Positions 37,300 through 49,064 of a DNA stretch of 51,719 nucleotides are shown in pieces. The notes beneath the pieces were generated by a model. The model made no database searches. It worked only from the letters and a program-made list of their open reading frames with translations, and was not told where the DNA came from. This stretch comes from Prorocentrum cordatum (lineage: Eukaryota): contig CAUYUJ010000015.1 in NCBI GenBank assembly GCA_963575745.1, forward strand, positions 620,001 to 671,719. The letters are read 5' to 3'. The position numbers were made by a program, and so were the translations under genes. How positions within the stretch are numbered: the first letter of the stretch is position 1; every line of letters starts with the position of its first letter.

Positions 37300-40200
37300 G
37301 GGCGGGGGTAGATCCTAATTCAGTTCGAGAAACATGTGGTGCAATATACGTGGAGAAATAGACGTGATGCAATATACGCGGTGCAGTTTGCGAGGCGAAA
37401 TGACTGCAGTGCAATATATGGTGTGCGATGTTTGTTGTGCAATCTGTGTGGAGCAATCAATAGTGCGCAACTAATTGTAAAAACTTGGACTTGTCAATTC
37501 CACTGCTCGCACAATCATCCCACCCACCCACCCACCCGTAACTTGGTTTGCAAAACCCTTGCGGCGGGGATCGCGATGAGTGTTCGGCGTTGGCTCGTGC
37601 ATCGTTGCGGCCGCGCATGCTCGCGCGCACGGCGGCCAGCTAGTTTGGCGCGGCCGACGCGGCCGCGTCGGCGCTGACCGCTGGGCACCTCCCAGCGGGC
37701 ACCTCAGTGCGAGTCGTTGACTCGGGCGCGCAGTGTACCGTGGCGACGCCGCCAACGGTACACACGATAATGAAAATGGCGATGATGGCGGCGATGATGG
37801 TGGTGACGACGGCAAAGCCAAGGACGGCGCCGATGTTGATCACGCCGATGACAATGACGGGCTCTTCGCGTCTGTGATGAAGGTTTTGAAAGGAGTTCGA
37901 CATGCGCGCGCGGACGACGCTCGCGAGTGGCCCGCATGGTATTATCTGGCAGGGGTCGCGCCCCCCGCCTCCCCCAGCACGAGCGCAATGGCGTTGGAAT
38001 GGTTCCAACATGCGGCGCGAGAAGCCAGTTTGATCACATCCCACGAATAGGTCGAGATGAACGATGGTGATTATACATCTGTATATACACACATACATAC
38101 AAACGAAAGAAACACCAAAAATAAAAAAGCTGCGAGTGTCCGCACATGTATATGTACATGTGTATAAGTGTGTATTGAAACGGGCGTGAGCAGGGGGAAC
38201 AACCAACAGGACACTCAGTTTTGACATGCCCACGAAACCTAAAGTTGTTGCAGGGTTGCATCATTCGCGCGCGACGACGCGCGCGCGTGCATGCTGCCCT
38301 GCGTCTGCAAGGGATTCTTGCGACAGCACGCGCGCGAGGGCGCTCGAACGATTTCGGCATGCGCGCGAGAGACGCATGTTTGGCAGCATTGGGGGACGTG
38401 TTGAAAACATGTTTCCAGAAGTCCCAGGAGCGCGACCCCATGTTGTTTTGAACGTTCGGGACATTCGATTATGGAATGTCTATACACAAAACAAGTGTTG
38501 GATGATTTCGGCATGCGCGCGTGGCGGCGCGCGCGGTGCACTTCTTGTTGTCTTCGTGCAAGGGAAGTTTGCAAACTGTGACTGTCGATAAACTAGTGCG
38601 CGCGCATTCTCTGTCTTGCCGAGGATGAGGGATGTCGATAAGGGATTGCCTGGGATGGTACGACATCAAATACAGGATGGACGAGTGTGCAAAATCATAT
38701 ACGGAACACCTATACTTCCGAAAAGGTGTACCGTTAAGCCCGAGGGGGGTCAGTCCCAATATTTTTGGAACAGCAATATATGCGGTGCAGCCGATGAGGT
38801 GTAAACTATGTGGTGCAATTAATGTCTGTTCGCAGTGAGTTGTCCACTCCATTGCTCGCGCAAACATCCCACCCACCCACCCGCAACTTGGCGTGCCAAA
38901 TCTCTTAAGACCGTGACGGTGGGTACCAAATGGCACTTGGCAACGACAGCGACGCCGACGACGACAGCGACAACGACGACGACGACGCCGCCGACAACGA
39001 CTACGACGACACCGACGACGTCTCAAACGACTCCGACGACGCCGACAACGACGACGACGACGACGACACCGACGACGACGACGCCGACGACGACGACGAC
39101 GACGACGACGATGACAACGACGCCGACGATGACGACGCCGACGACGACAACGACGACACCGACGACGACGTCGACGACGACGCCGACGCTGACGACGACG
39201 ACGACGACGTCGACGACGACGACGGCGACGACGACGACGCCGACGTCGACGACGACGAAGACGACGACGACGCCGACGCCGACGCCGACGACGACGACGA
39301 AGACGACGACGACGTCGCCAACGAAGACGACGACGAGGGAGGAGGGAGGACGACGACGGCGACAACGACGACAACGACGACAACGACGACGGAGGAGGGA
39401 GGACAACGACGACGCGAACGGCGAAGAAGGAGGAAGGACGGCGACGCCGACGACGACAACGACGAGGGAGGGGGGAAGACGACGACGACGACGACGACAA
39501 CGACGACGGCGACGACGATGACGACGACGACGGCGACGAAATAGGAGGGACGACGACGGGACGCCGACGACGGGCGACGACGACGACGAGCGAGGAGGAG
39601 GAAGGACGACCACGGCGACAACGACGATGGAAACGACCACGACGCCAAAGAGGACGACGACGACGAACACGAGGAAAGACAGAGGACGACCTAGGCGACG
39701 ACGACGACGACGACGACGACGCGGGAGGAGGGAGGACGGCGACGACGACGACGTTGACGACGACGCAAGAGGGCGCGCGCGCACGCTTTTGTTGAAAATC
39801 CGTGGTGCGAAACCTTGTGTTTTTGTAGGTTGTTTGGACACACGATGTTGAAATCCTTCCGAAGCCGATGGGTTTTGAAGGATTCCGGCATACGCGCGCG
39901 ACGACGCGCGCGTCTGCAAGTCGTTTCATTTTTTGCAGAGGACTCTCGCGACGGCACACGCGCAAGGGCGTTGGACAGATTTCGACATGCGCGCGCGCGA
40001 AGCCCGTTTGGTAGCATTGTGTGAAAATCTTGAAAAACCGATGGTTTTTTAAAGATTTTGCAAGAGTTCGCGCGTAAGTTGTTTTTGCAAATCAGTGTTG
40101 CGAAACCAAGTGTTTTTGTATGTTTCTTGGAAACTCGATTGCGAAATCCTTCCGGCACCGAAAGTTTTTGGAGGATTCCGGCATGCGCGCGCGACGACGC

Positions 40201-42256
40201 GCGCGTGCATACTTTGTCCCATGTTTGCAAGGGACTCGTGAAAAAGGGCCATGTTAAAACACAGGGGGAGCGATACTGGAACCCCTGGGATAGTGTAAAT
40301 TCATATTTGAGATTGACACGTGGTCAGAATCATATATGATTTACATACCCGAAAGAGGGGGGTAACACTGGGGGGGGTAGAGTCTATTCTCTTTTAAGAA
40401 AGGAGAATCAATCACTTGCTCCATTTGAAGCTGTCCTCTCCACTGCTAGTGCAAACATCCCAGCCACCCACCCGCAACTTGGTCGCAAGACCTCTTAAGA
40501 CCGTGACGGTGGATACCAAACGGCACTTGGCAACGACACCGACGCCGACCACGACAGCGACAACGACGACGACGACGACGATGCGCCGACAACGACTACG
40601 ACGACACCGACGACGTCTCCAACGACTTCGACGACGACGACAACGACGACGACGACACCGACGACGACGACGACGACGACGCCGACGCTGACGACGACGA
40701 CGACGATGACAACGCCGACGACGACGACGCCGCCGACGACGACGACGACGACGCCGACGACGCCGACGACGACGACGACGACGACGATGACAACGACGAC
40801 GACGACCACGACGAGGACGACGACGACGACGACAACGACAACGACGTCGCCAACGAAGACGACGACGACGAGGGAGGAGGGAGGACGACGACGGCGACGA
40901 CGACAACGACGAGGGAGGAGGGAAGACGACGACGACGACGATGACGGCGACGAAATAGAAGGGACAACGACGAAACGCCGACGAAGACGACGAGGGAGGA
41001 AGGACGACCACGGCGACAACGACGACGGAAACGACGACGACGCCAAGACGACGATCACGACGACGAGGAAAGACCGAGGACGACGACGGCGACGACGACG
41101 ACGCAAGAGCGCGCGCGCACGCTCTTGTTGAAAACCCGTGTTGCGAAACCTTATGTTTTTGTATGTTTTGGACACGCGATTTTGAAATCTTGCCGAAAAC
41201 GAAGGTTTTTGAAGGATTCCAGCATGCGCGCGCGACGACGCGCGCGTCTGCACTTCGTTTTTTCTCTTGCAGAGGATTCTCGCGACGGCCCGCGCGCGAG
41301 GGCGTTCGAATGATTTCGACATGCTCACGCGCGAAGCCCGTTTGGTAGCATTCATCCAAAATATTGAAAACCATATGGTTTTCTGAAGATGTCGCAAGAG
41401 CGCGCGCGTAAGCTTTTTTAGAAAATCAGTGTTGCGAGTGCATGTGTTTTTGCACGTTTGTTGGGAACCGATTTTGAAATCCTTCCGAAGCCGAAGGTTC
41501 TTGAAGGATTTCGGCATGCGCGCGCGACGACGCGCGCGTGTGCACCTCGTCCCGTTTTTTGCGAGGGATTCTTGAACATTGATGATTCCTGATACATGAG
41601 AGCGCGCGCATGTTTGTGTTGCAGAGGATGGCGGGGGGGAACGATACCGGTTTGGTTGGGATTGTACGAACTCATATTTAGGATGGACGAGTGTGCAGAA
41701 TAAATATGAAACCACAATACCCCCGGGGGGATCGTTAATTCCAGGGGGGGGCGAGTCCATTCTTTTTTTGGAAAAGTGAACCTACATGGCGCAATGTATG
41801 CGGTGCAACGTATGCGGTACAATGCCTTTTGCGCAGAGCAATGCCAAGCAATGCGATGGCAAAGCAGCGCGGTTACAATGCAATGTAAGCAGGGCAATGC
41901 GGCGCAAGGCGATACAATGCGACGCGAGGGGATGCAAAACAGTGCAAAGCAACGAGGCGGCGACGGTGAGGCGACGGCGACTACGGAGCTGCCAGACCTC
42001 CACGCATGCCCAAAGGACAGGCTGCGACGTGGCGGCGACAGCGACAGCATAGCCGCCAGACCGACCTTCAGGCCCAGACGCTGGGCGGGGACGAAAGTGC
42101 GACGAGTTGGCGACGGTTATTACATATCCGTCAGACCGACCTTCGGGGCCAGTTCCGTCCTCACGTGCAATCACTGCTTTGAAAACAACTAAGAAACCCT
42201 AAGTGCAAGCACTGTTCCCCAATCAGAGCTTCCCTCTGTAGGGGTCCTGGCGGATT
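37300..42256 (+). repeat. Diverged tandem array of a ~1.4-1.6 kb module with (GAC)n tracts and CG-rich palindromes
   Basis: 38841-38990 aligns with 40432-40580 (CTCTTAAGACCGTGACGGTGG...GGCACTTGGCAACGACA); a third partial copy lies at ~37490-37560. Recurrent GCATGCGCGCGCGACGACGCGCGCGT. Confidence 0.85.
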
Positions 42257-42319
42257 CATATGGTTAGGTGAGGTTTGTCACAGATTTCCGCGGCCCGCCC
42301 AGGTGCCCGGGTGCACTGT

Positions 42320-42625
42320 AGCATTATAGCCTTATGGTACTATGGCACTATAGCCATATATCTTTATAGCTTCATATATGCCTATGGCCCTGTAGCTCTA
42401 TCGCCCCATAGCCCTACAGCCCTCTAGACCTACAGCCCCATAGCCCGAAAGATTCATAGCCTTATAGTCCCAGAGCCCCATAGCCTTGTAGCCCTACAGC
42501 CCTATAGCCCTATGGCCATATAGCCCTATAGACCTATGGTCCTGTTGCCCTACATCCCTATAGTTCCATAGCCCTATAGCCCCATCGCCCTATAGCCCAA
42601 TAGCACCATAGCCCTATAGCCCTAA
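42320..42625. repeat. Degenerate 8-bp (CCCTATAG)n minisatellite
   Basis: Direct inspection. Confidence 0.85.
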
Positions 42626-42691
42626 AAAGACTTTGACTGGGGTTTTTCTCCTGTATCATCTGAGGAATTATATGTCCCCACCCCGTCCCAT

Positions 42692-43958
42692 ATTCTTTAC
42701 GCTTCGCGTATCCCCACCAGTCCATCTCAAAACAGCAACTCCTGCGAAGCATGTCGACAGTCGTTTTTCAGGCGTGTGTCCGCTTCCCCCCGCATATCTC
42801 CCCTGTTCCTCCTTCCTCCCGCCTCCTTGTACATCCTCCTTGTGGTGGGAGCGGGAGAAGGACGAGGCGGAGGAGGAGGGAGAGAAAGCGCTCCTCGTGG
42901 TTTGAGTCGTTTGGGGTTTCTCGTCCTGGTGTGAGTCGTTCGGGCCCTTCTTCCTGGTGTGAGTCGTTCGGGCTCTTCGTGGTGTGAGTCGTTCGGGCTC
43001 TTCGTCCTGGTGTGAGTCGTTCGGGCTTCTCGTGGTGTGAGTTGTTCGGGCCCCTCGTCCTGGTGTGAGTCGTTCGGGCCCCTCCTCCTGGTGTGACTCG
43101 TTCGGGCTCCTCGTGGTGTGAGTCGTTCGGGGCCCTCGTCGTGGTGTGAGTCGTTCGGGCTCCTCGTGGTGTGAGTCGTTCGGGCGCCTCGTCCTGGTGT
43201 GAGTCGTTCGGGCCCCTCCTTCTGGTGTGAGTCGTTCGGGCTCTTCGTGGTGTGAGTCGTTCGGGCCCCTCGTCCTGGTGTGAGTCGTTCGGGCTCCTCG
43301 TTGCGTGAGGCGTTCGGGCACCTCGTCCTGGTGCAAGTCGTTCGGGCCCCTCGTAGTAGGAGTAGTAGTAGTAGTCGTAGTAGTAGTAGATGTTTTTGGG
43401 GGCCTCTTGGAGGCCTTTTGGGGCGTCTTCGGGGCCTCTTGGCGGCCCCAGGGGCTTCTAGGAGCGTCTTGGGTGCCTTGGGGGAGCCTCTTCGGGCCTC
43501 TTGGGAGCCTCTTGGAGGCCGTTTGGGGCGTCTTGGGGGCTTCTTGGCGGCTCCAGGGGCTTCCAGGAGCGTCTTGGGTGCCTCGGGGGAGCCTCTTGGG
43601 GCCTCTTGGGGGCCTCTTGGGGGCATCTTGGGGGCCTCTTGGAGGCCTCTTGGGGCCTCTTTGGGCTCTTTGGGAGGGGTCTGGGAGGAATCTTGGGGCC
43701 ATCTGTCGGGCGATCGATCACATATGGGGCGAGCACTTTTCTCCCCCCCCCGTCGGGGCCAGAATCCTCGTGAGGGGTGTCGAATTTTAGCCCTCCCAGG
43801 AGTCGAAAAAGACCCCTCCAACGACCCGCGGAACGCCCTCTCCAGGCCCAGGGGGAGGGGGTAGGGCGAGGGGTAAACCCCTCCCCGAAGGGGAAGAAGG
43901 GGGGTTGAGAACAGAGAGAGCTCGCTAAACCACTCACGCCCAAAGGGCTGGTGGGATT
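42692..43958. mobile_element. Putative rolling-circle-like element, subfamily C
   Basis: Left end: ATT (42692-42694), perfect mini-hairpin TACGC-TTC-GCGTA (42698-42710), arm CCCACCAGTCC (42713-42723). Right end: hairpin ACCA..GCCC-AAA-GGGC-TGGT with arm GGGCTGGTGGG (43945-43955, 10/11 complementary), then ATT (43956-43958). Contains the GGCCTCTTGG minisatellite at ~43395-43700. Confidence 0.6.
42893..43353. repeat. 25/28-bp minisatellite (TGGTGTGAGTCGTTCGGGC + 6-9 nt), ~17 units
   Basis: Constant 19-bp core followed by short, mutually similar variable tails. Confidence 0.9.
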
Positions 43959-44039
43959 AACTTAACATGTCTGGCATGACCTTATAACATATCGTACAGG
44001 TTTCCCTTAGCGTTTCTTATGTTACTCGAGTGGTCTCCA

Positions 44040-44720
44040 ATCGTCCTCTTCCGCGAGGCCTCTTTGGGCTTGAGGCCTCGTTGGGCCTTGAGGCCCAGAG
44101 AGGCCTTACGGACGCCCAAAGGGGCTTCACGGAACCCGCACGAGAGCCCCAGGAGGCCGCACGGTCGCCCCACGGAGGCCCAGAAAGGTTTTACGGAGGC
44201 GGCGCGAAGGCACAAAAAGGCTTCCAGAGGCTTCACGGAGGCCGCAAGCAAAGATTTCACGGAGGTCGCGGAAGTCTCACGTCACAGAGGCCCACGGGGG
44301 TATCGCCAAGGTGGAGGCCCAAAAAGTTGCCACGGAGGTTCCACGGAGGCCAAGCAAGGCCGAGAAGTTCCCGAGAGCCTTCTGAGAAGCTTCTTCTTCT
44401 TCTCGCAAGCCGAGAGGGTCCTCGGTGGTTTCCGAGAGGCGTCTCGCAAGCGTCTTTCGGTGGCTTCACGACAAGTACTTGAGTCTTCTGAGAAGCTTCG
44501 GGGGCCGCTTCTCGCAGGCTTCTGGTGGGCTTTTCAAAAGTTATCCATAAGCTGCTGGAAGGCTTCTCAGAGGCTTTTCAGTAGCGTCCCGGAGGCTTCT
44601 CAGAGCCTTCCTGAGGAAATTTCTGGGAAGCTCCTCTGGGAGGCCATTGCGAAGCTTCTCGGCGGCCTCACAGGCAGGCTCCCAGTTCTCCAACTTTTGA
44701 CAGGCCTCTGAGCCCCTCAG
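44040..44720. repeat. Degenerate ~11-bp minisatellite (TTCACGGAGGC / GAGGCTTCTC)
   Basis: Direct inspection. Confidence 0.7.
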
Positions 44721-45433
44721 AACTTCACAGGAAGCTACCGGAGCCAGCCGCGCCCGTGCATTCGCTCCCGAGTACATTCGTGGGTCCCACGGCGGCCCGA
44801 GCTTGCCTTGCCCGTGCACGGAGTCCAGATGAAGTTTCTTGCACCCTGGGGTCGTCCGCCCTCCCCCCCCCGAGCGCAAATTGATTTTTGGGATAGCTGG
44901 CCCAACCACTTCCGCCGCGAATTAATGCCGCAGTCAATCCGCATAGCATTAAAGCCAACCCGCGTAGTAAGGATGGGCAACTTTCCCAAGGGTACCCTTG
45001 CATCCTTGCCTTCTCGGCCCACCCTTGGCCGCTTTCATTGGCCGCGGCCCGCTCGAAAAGCTTCGAAATGGGCGTCCAAGGCCCTTGCATCCTTATCGCG
45101 CATCCTTACTGTGCGGGTTGACTGTAATTCCGGAACTATTGCAGTGGAAGGTTGGCACCAGTTCCAGCGCGAAACGGATTAGTTCTGGAGCAAGTTCTCG
45201 CGGCATGGAAGGAGAGCCGGCCTTCCTCTAAATTCATTCGGTGTAAATTCATTTCCAGGTGGCAATGGGCGCCAACCTTGCGACGCATTAGCTCTGGGGG
45301 AAGTTTAAAGATTATGTTTTGGTCTAAGCAGCCGCTTCCGTCTTCCTCCTCTCCCTTGTCCGGTTCTTCCTTTCTCCGCCCTCCCTCCTCATTTTGGTCG
45401 CCCCCTTTGCCCGTCCCCCCCCCTGCCCGGGCG

Positions 45434-46933
45434 ATGCTGCACGCCGCCGCTCCGGCGACCCCTCCAGGCTGCTTGACCGCGGCCGCTTGCGCGGCCGCGG
45501 CGCCAGCGGAGCGTGCAGCACCAGCGGCAGCGGCGAGTCAGCTGCCGGCGCGGCGGGTGCTAACGGTGACCGCCGCCTCTGCGGCGGCCCCCCCCCGCCC
45601 GAGCGAGCCGCCGTGCGCTGCAGCCGCGGCGTCGGCGGCCGCGTCAGCCACGAGCCCGCTGCTGGCGCGGCCGATGCTGACCGTGACCAGGTCCCGCTCC
45701 GCCCCGCCGTGCCGCCCCGCGCGGCGCAGCACCGCGCCAGTGCAGGTACTGGTGGCGCCTTCGCCGCGGCGCCCTGCCGCCGTCGCCGTGGCCGGCGGCT
45801 TCCGCACGCCGGCGCACCCGTTGGTGGCGTCTGGGCGTTTTTTGCCAGCCGCCGCGGCGCAGGCGCCTACGGAGGTGGCGGCGGCGGCGGCGCCCACGTC
45901 CTGGTCGCCGGCTGCACCCGCCACGCCGCTGACCGCCCGCGCCGGCGGCATCTGCCGCCGCTCGTCGGCGCCCGTCGGCGACCAGGAGGCGGCCGCACCC
46001 GCCACGCCGCTGACTGACCGCGCTGGCGGAGTCTGCCGCCGCCTGTCGGCGCCCGCGGCGCCGCGGCGTGTGGCGCAGGGGCCGCCGCCGCAGGCCCTCG
46101 GGCTCGCGCTTGCTCCGCCGCCCTCAGGCCCAGCGCCGGCACAGCCAGGGGCCGCTTGCCTGCCGGACGCCCAGCGGCTGGTGGAGGAGGCGCGCGCGAA
46201 GCTCGCGCAAGCCGCTGCCCCAGCTGCTCGTCTGATGTCGTCGACCTCGGTCCACGAAGCGGCGCGGTTGCCCTGCCCCTCCCTGGAGCAGCTCTGCCCC
46301 CCCGCAGGCGGCGTCGCAGCCGGGGTGAGCGGTGAGGGCCAGGTTGCTTCGCCAGTGCCCGCTGCGGCAGCCCGCGTGGACGAGATCCTGGACGCGTTTT
46401 CCGCGCTCCAGCGGCACTCCGCCCAGCAGCAGGCCGAGCAGCGGGCAGCGGTGGACGGCGTCGCCGCGCAGTGGGAGCAGAGATTCGGGTACGTCATCGA
46501 GTGCCTCATGGCCACGACGAACGCGGCCACTATCATGAACCAACGCATGGCCAAGTTCCTGCGGCTCGGCGGGGTCCTCGAAGGCGTGGTGAGCCAGCTG
46601 GACGCAGACACTACGGCGCTCGGGGGCCGGGTCTCGTCCCTGGAGGCCGACACCCGCCGCTTGGCCGACGATCTCGCCGCCCTACGTGCGGGAGCCGCCC
46701 CTGGGCCGCACGGCGAGCTTCCCAGCGCCAGCGCGCCCGCTGGCGTCGGGCTGGAGAGGATCGAGGCGTCGCTGCAGGCCGTGAGCGCGGAGGTCGAGAG
46801 GCTGTCCTGGGAACTCTGCCAGGAGAGCGCCGAGCGCAGCCAGCTAGCGTGCGAGCTGCAGCACCACGTGGCCGCCACGGCCGACTGGCGGGTGAGCCTA
46901 GAGAGCTCGGACCGCGGTGTCGTGGCGGAGCAG
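45434..46933 (+). CDS. Hypothetical protein, exon 1 (Ala/Pro-rich N-terminus, coiled-coil C-terminus); ~545 aa when spliced
   Basis: Open frame from ATG 45434. Heptad pattern (LEGVVSQLDADTTALGGRVSSLEADTRRLADDL; LERIEASLQAVSAEVERL). Ends at CAG|GT. Weak SL-like TTTTGGTCTAAG at 45317-45328 upstream. Confidence 0.6.
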
Positions 46934-46952
46934 GTCGTCGAAGAAGAAGAAG

Positions 46953-46987
<35 letters not shown>

Positions 46988-47084
46988 ATATGAGCCAACA
47001 TCTTCGGAGGTCCGCACGGATTCCTTGGATGTTCCGCGCGGACCCACGAAAGTCATGGTTAAATTTCGTTGTTTGTTCTTCCAG
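46934..47084 (+). other. 151-bp phase-0 GT-AG intron with CAG|GTC direct repeat at both junctions
   Basis: GAG CAG|GTCGTCGAAGAAG...TTGTTTGTTCTTCCAG|GTC AGC CGG. Removal restores the frame and removes the stop at 46991-46993. Pyrimidine tract before AG. Confidence 0.7.
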
Positions 47085-47222
47085 GTCAGCCGGGTGCACG
47101 CCAGGGTGGCGTGCGTAGAGCAGGATAATGCTGCTTGCAGGGCGAGGCTCGACGAAGAGTTCGCTCGGATAAGGTGCCTCCTGCAGGAGCCCGCGCTGAG
47201 GGGAAGGGAGGGGGGAGCGTGA
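47085..47222 (+). CDS. Hypothetical protein, exon 2
   Basis: VSRVHARVACVEQDNAACRARLDEEFARIRCLLQEPALRGREGGA* continues the coiled coil in frame. Confidence 0.6.
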   Translation, partial: VSRVHARVACVEQDNAACRARLDEEFARIRCLLQEPALRGREGGA

Positions 47223-48603
47223 GGGGCATCCAGTGAAGGGCAGGCGAGGGAGGGGCGTGGGAAAGGGGAGGGAGTCGGAGAGAGTGCACCGATTCGAACA
47301 TATTCTGTTCAGGCCCGCGGGATGCAAGCTCCCGCCAGTCCAACCTCGAAAGGCGGGAGGTGCCGCTTGTGAGAGGCAGGGGTGGGAGGACTAGTCTCCC
47401 CCCTGGCGCGGCTTGTGAGCACCCCGACTGGACAGCAAAAACGGGGCGTGGTGATAAGGGCGAGGCTTACCCCTTCTGCACGCCCGCCGACAGAAAGACG
47501 CCGGCTGTACACGCGCTTTGGCCAATGTGATACGGCGACCAGGGCAATGACGGCGCCACCTTGGGGCATCCCCCGCGGCGGCCCAGAAAAAGGGCAACGG
47601 AACAAGTGCCAGCTGTTCGCGGAGAGAGGAGGCGCTAGCAATGTTGTGCCGCGCGTTGAGCAGCAAAGTATGCCTGGAGGCTTCCTTGGAAGGACGCCCC
47701 AAGAGAAGCAGCAGGTCGGACAGCTTGCCGAAGGCCATCACAGGCAGCCTGTGTTCGGTGGAACCTGTCTTTCAGCAGGGCATACTGTTCCAAGACGTGT
47801 TGAAGAGAGTGGGCTAGGTGATTGGCCCGCTGCTGGAGCGCGCTGGCGCTAGCGATGAGGACCGTTTCGCGATCACCCTCTGGTTGTCGTCTGGCCGCTG
47901 AGAGGTGCTGCGTAAAGGGTTGCCTTCGGTTTGCTGGGTCCCCGTCCCACAGGGGCCTGTTCCGTCGTCGGTCGCTGGCCGTTCAGTGCTTCCCGCACCC
48001 TGGTTGGAGGAGGAGGTGACCTGGTGGTGATGGAGACTGGTAGTGGCGGCCTGAACCTGTTGACCGCGGGCGGCTTGCACCTGACCGTTGGAGAGGTCTG
48101 GTTGGCAGGCGTCGTGGTGATCGTCGTGATCGCTGTGCCCGTCATTGCCGTGACTCTGGGACGGGGAAGCATCGTGTCCTTCACCTATGTTCGAGGAGGC
48201 GCCTTGCCCCAGCGGGTCCTGCTCCTCGCCGTCGGAATCGTCGGGCCGGTCACCGAAGTAGTCGGGTCGTGGCAGGCCGTCGAGATGAGCGGGGCCGCCT
48301 TGTGAGCTTGGTGGCTCGTGCCCGCCCTGGCCAATGGTGAGAGGGAGGGGGTGGCAGAGAGCGAGGGGGTAGGGGAGGGAGAGAGGGCGGTAGGAGGAGG
48401 AGGAGGAGGACGAGGAGAGGAAGAGGGCGTGGACTCTCCCCCCCCTCCACATCAAAACTTCGCTTCTCCATTGTTCCTCCCCCTCCTGCCTCCACCCCTC
48501 CATCATCATCCCGCTCCCTCCCTCCCTCCCTCCCTCCGTCCCTCTCTCTCTCTCTCTCTCTTTCTCTCCCTCTCTCTCTATCTCTGTCTCTCTCTCTCTC
48601 TCT

Positions 48604-48635
<32 letters not shown>

Positions 48636-49064
48636 TTCTGGGCTCTCCACCGCCCCCCTTACTTCTCTCATACATTTTCCCTCCCTCCCTCGTCATTACC
48701 GCCATTAATGCTCCGCAATGCTTGCATCATGGCTGGCATGCAGATCGCACCATGCCGTGACCGCAGACAGCGCCATGACATACCTGCAGTTTACAAGTCG
48801 CCCCTGCTTCCGCACGCATCGTCTCCGCTTCCCTTCATAGCGGGAGGTCGGAGATTGCGTTGTCCAGGCCATGGTGTGCCACGCAGGAGGTGCATCCTCC
48901 AAGCATCGGCACCGGCAGGGGAGGAGGGAGCAGCACGAGAAGATCAGGAGGGAGGAAGGAGCAGAAGGAGAAAGAGTTGGGGAAGGAATGAGAAGAAGGA
49001 GAACGTCACCATCATAATCGTAATCATCACCACCACCACCATCATCATCCCCACCCCACCCACC

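Noticed and set aside
38835..41760. Mucin-like poly-Thr or poly-Asp proteins
   Set aside because: They are (GAC)n microsatellite within a duplicated non-coding module.
42893..43353. CRISPR-like array
   Set aside because: The 'spacers' are only 6-9 nt and similar to each other, there are no cas genes, and the context is eukaryotic. It is a minisatellite.
46991..47007. Antisense SL-like TGAGCCAACATCTTCGG inside the intron
   Set aside because: It needs a 2-nt gap and mismatches, and is too short to distinguish from chance.
47635..48330. Minus-strand coding-like segment and a GMPQGG RT-like motif near 47560
   Set aside because: No start, splice or domain support, and no other RT motifs in order around the QG.
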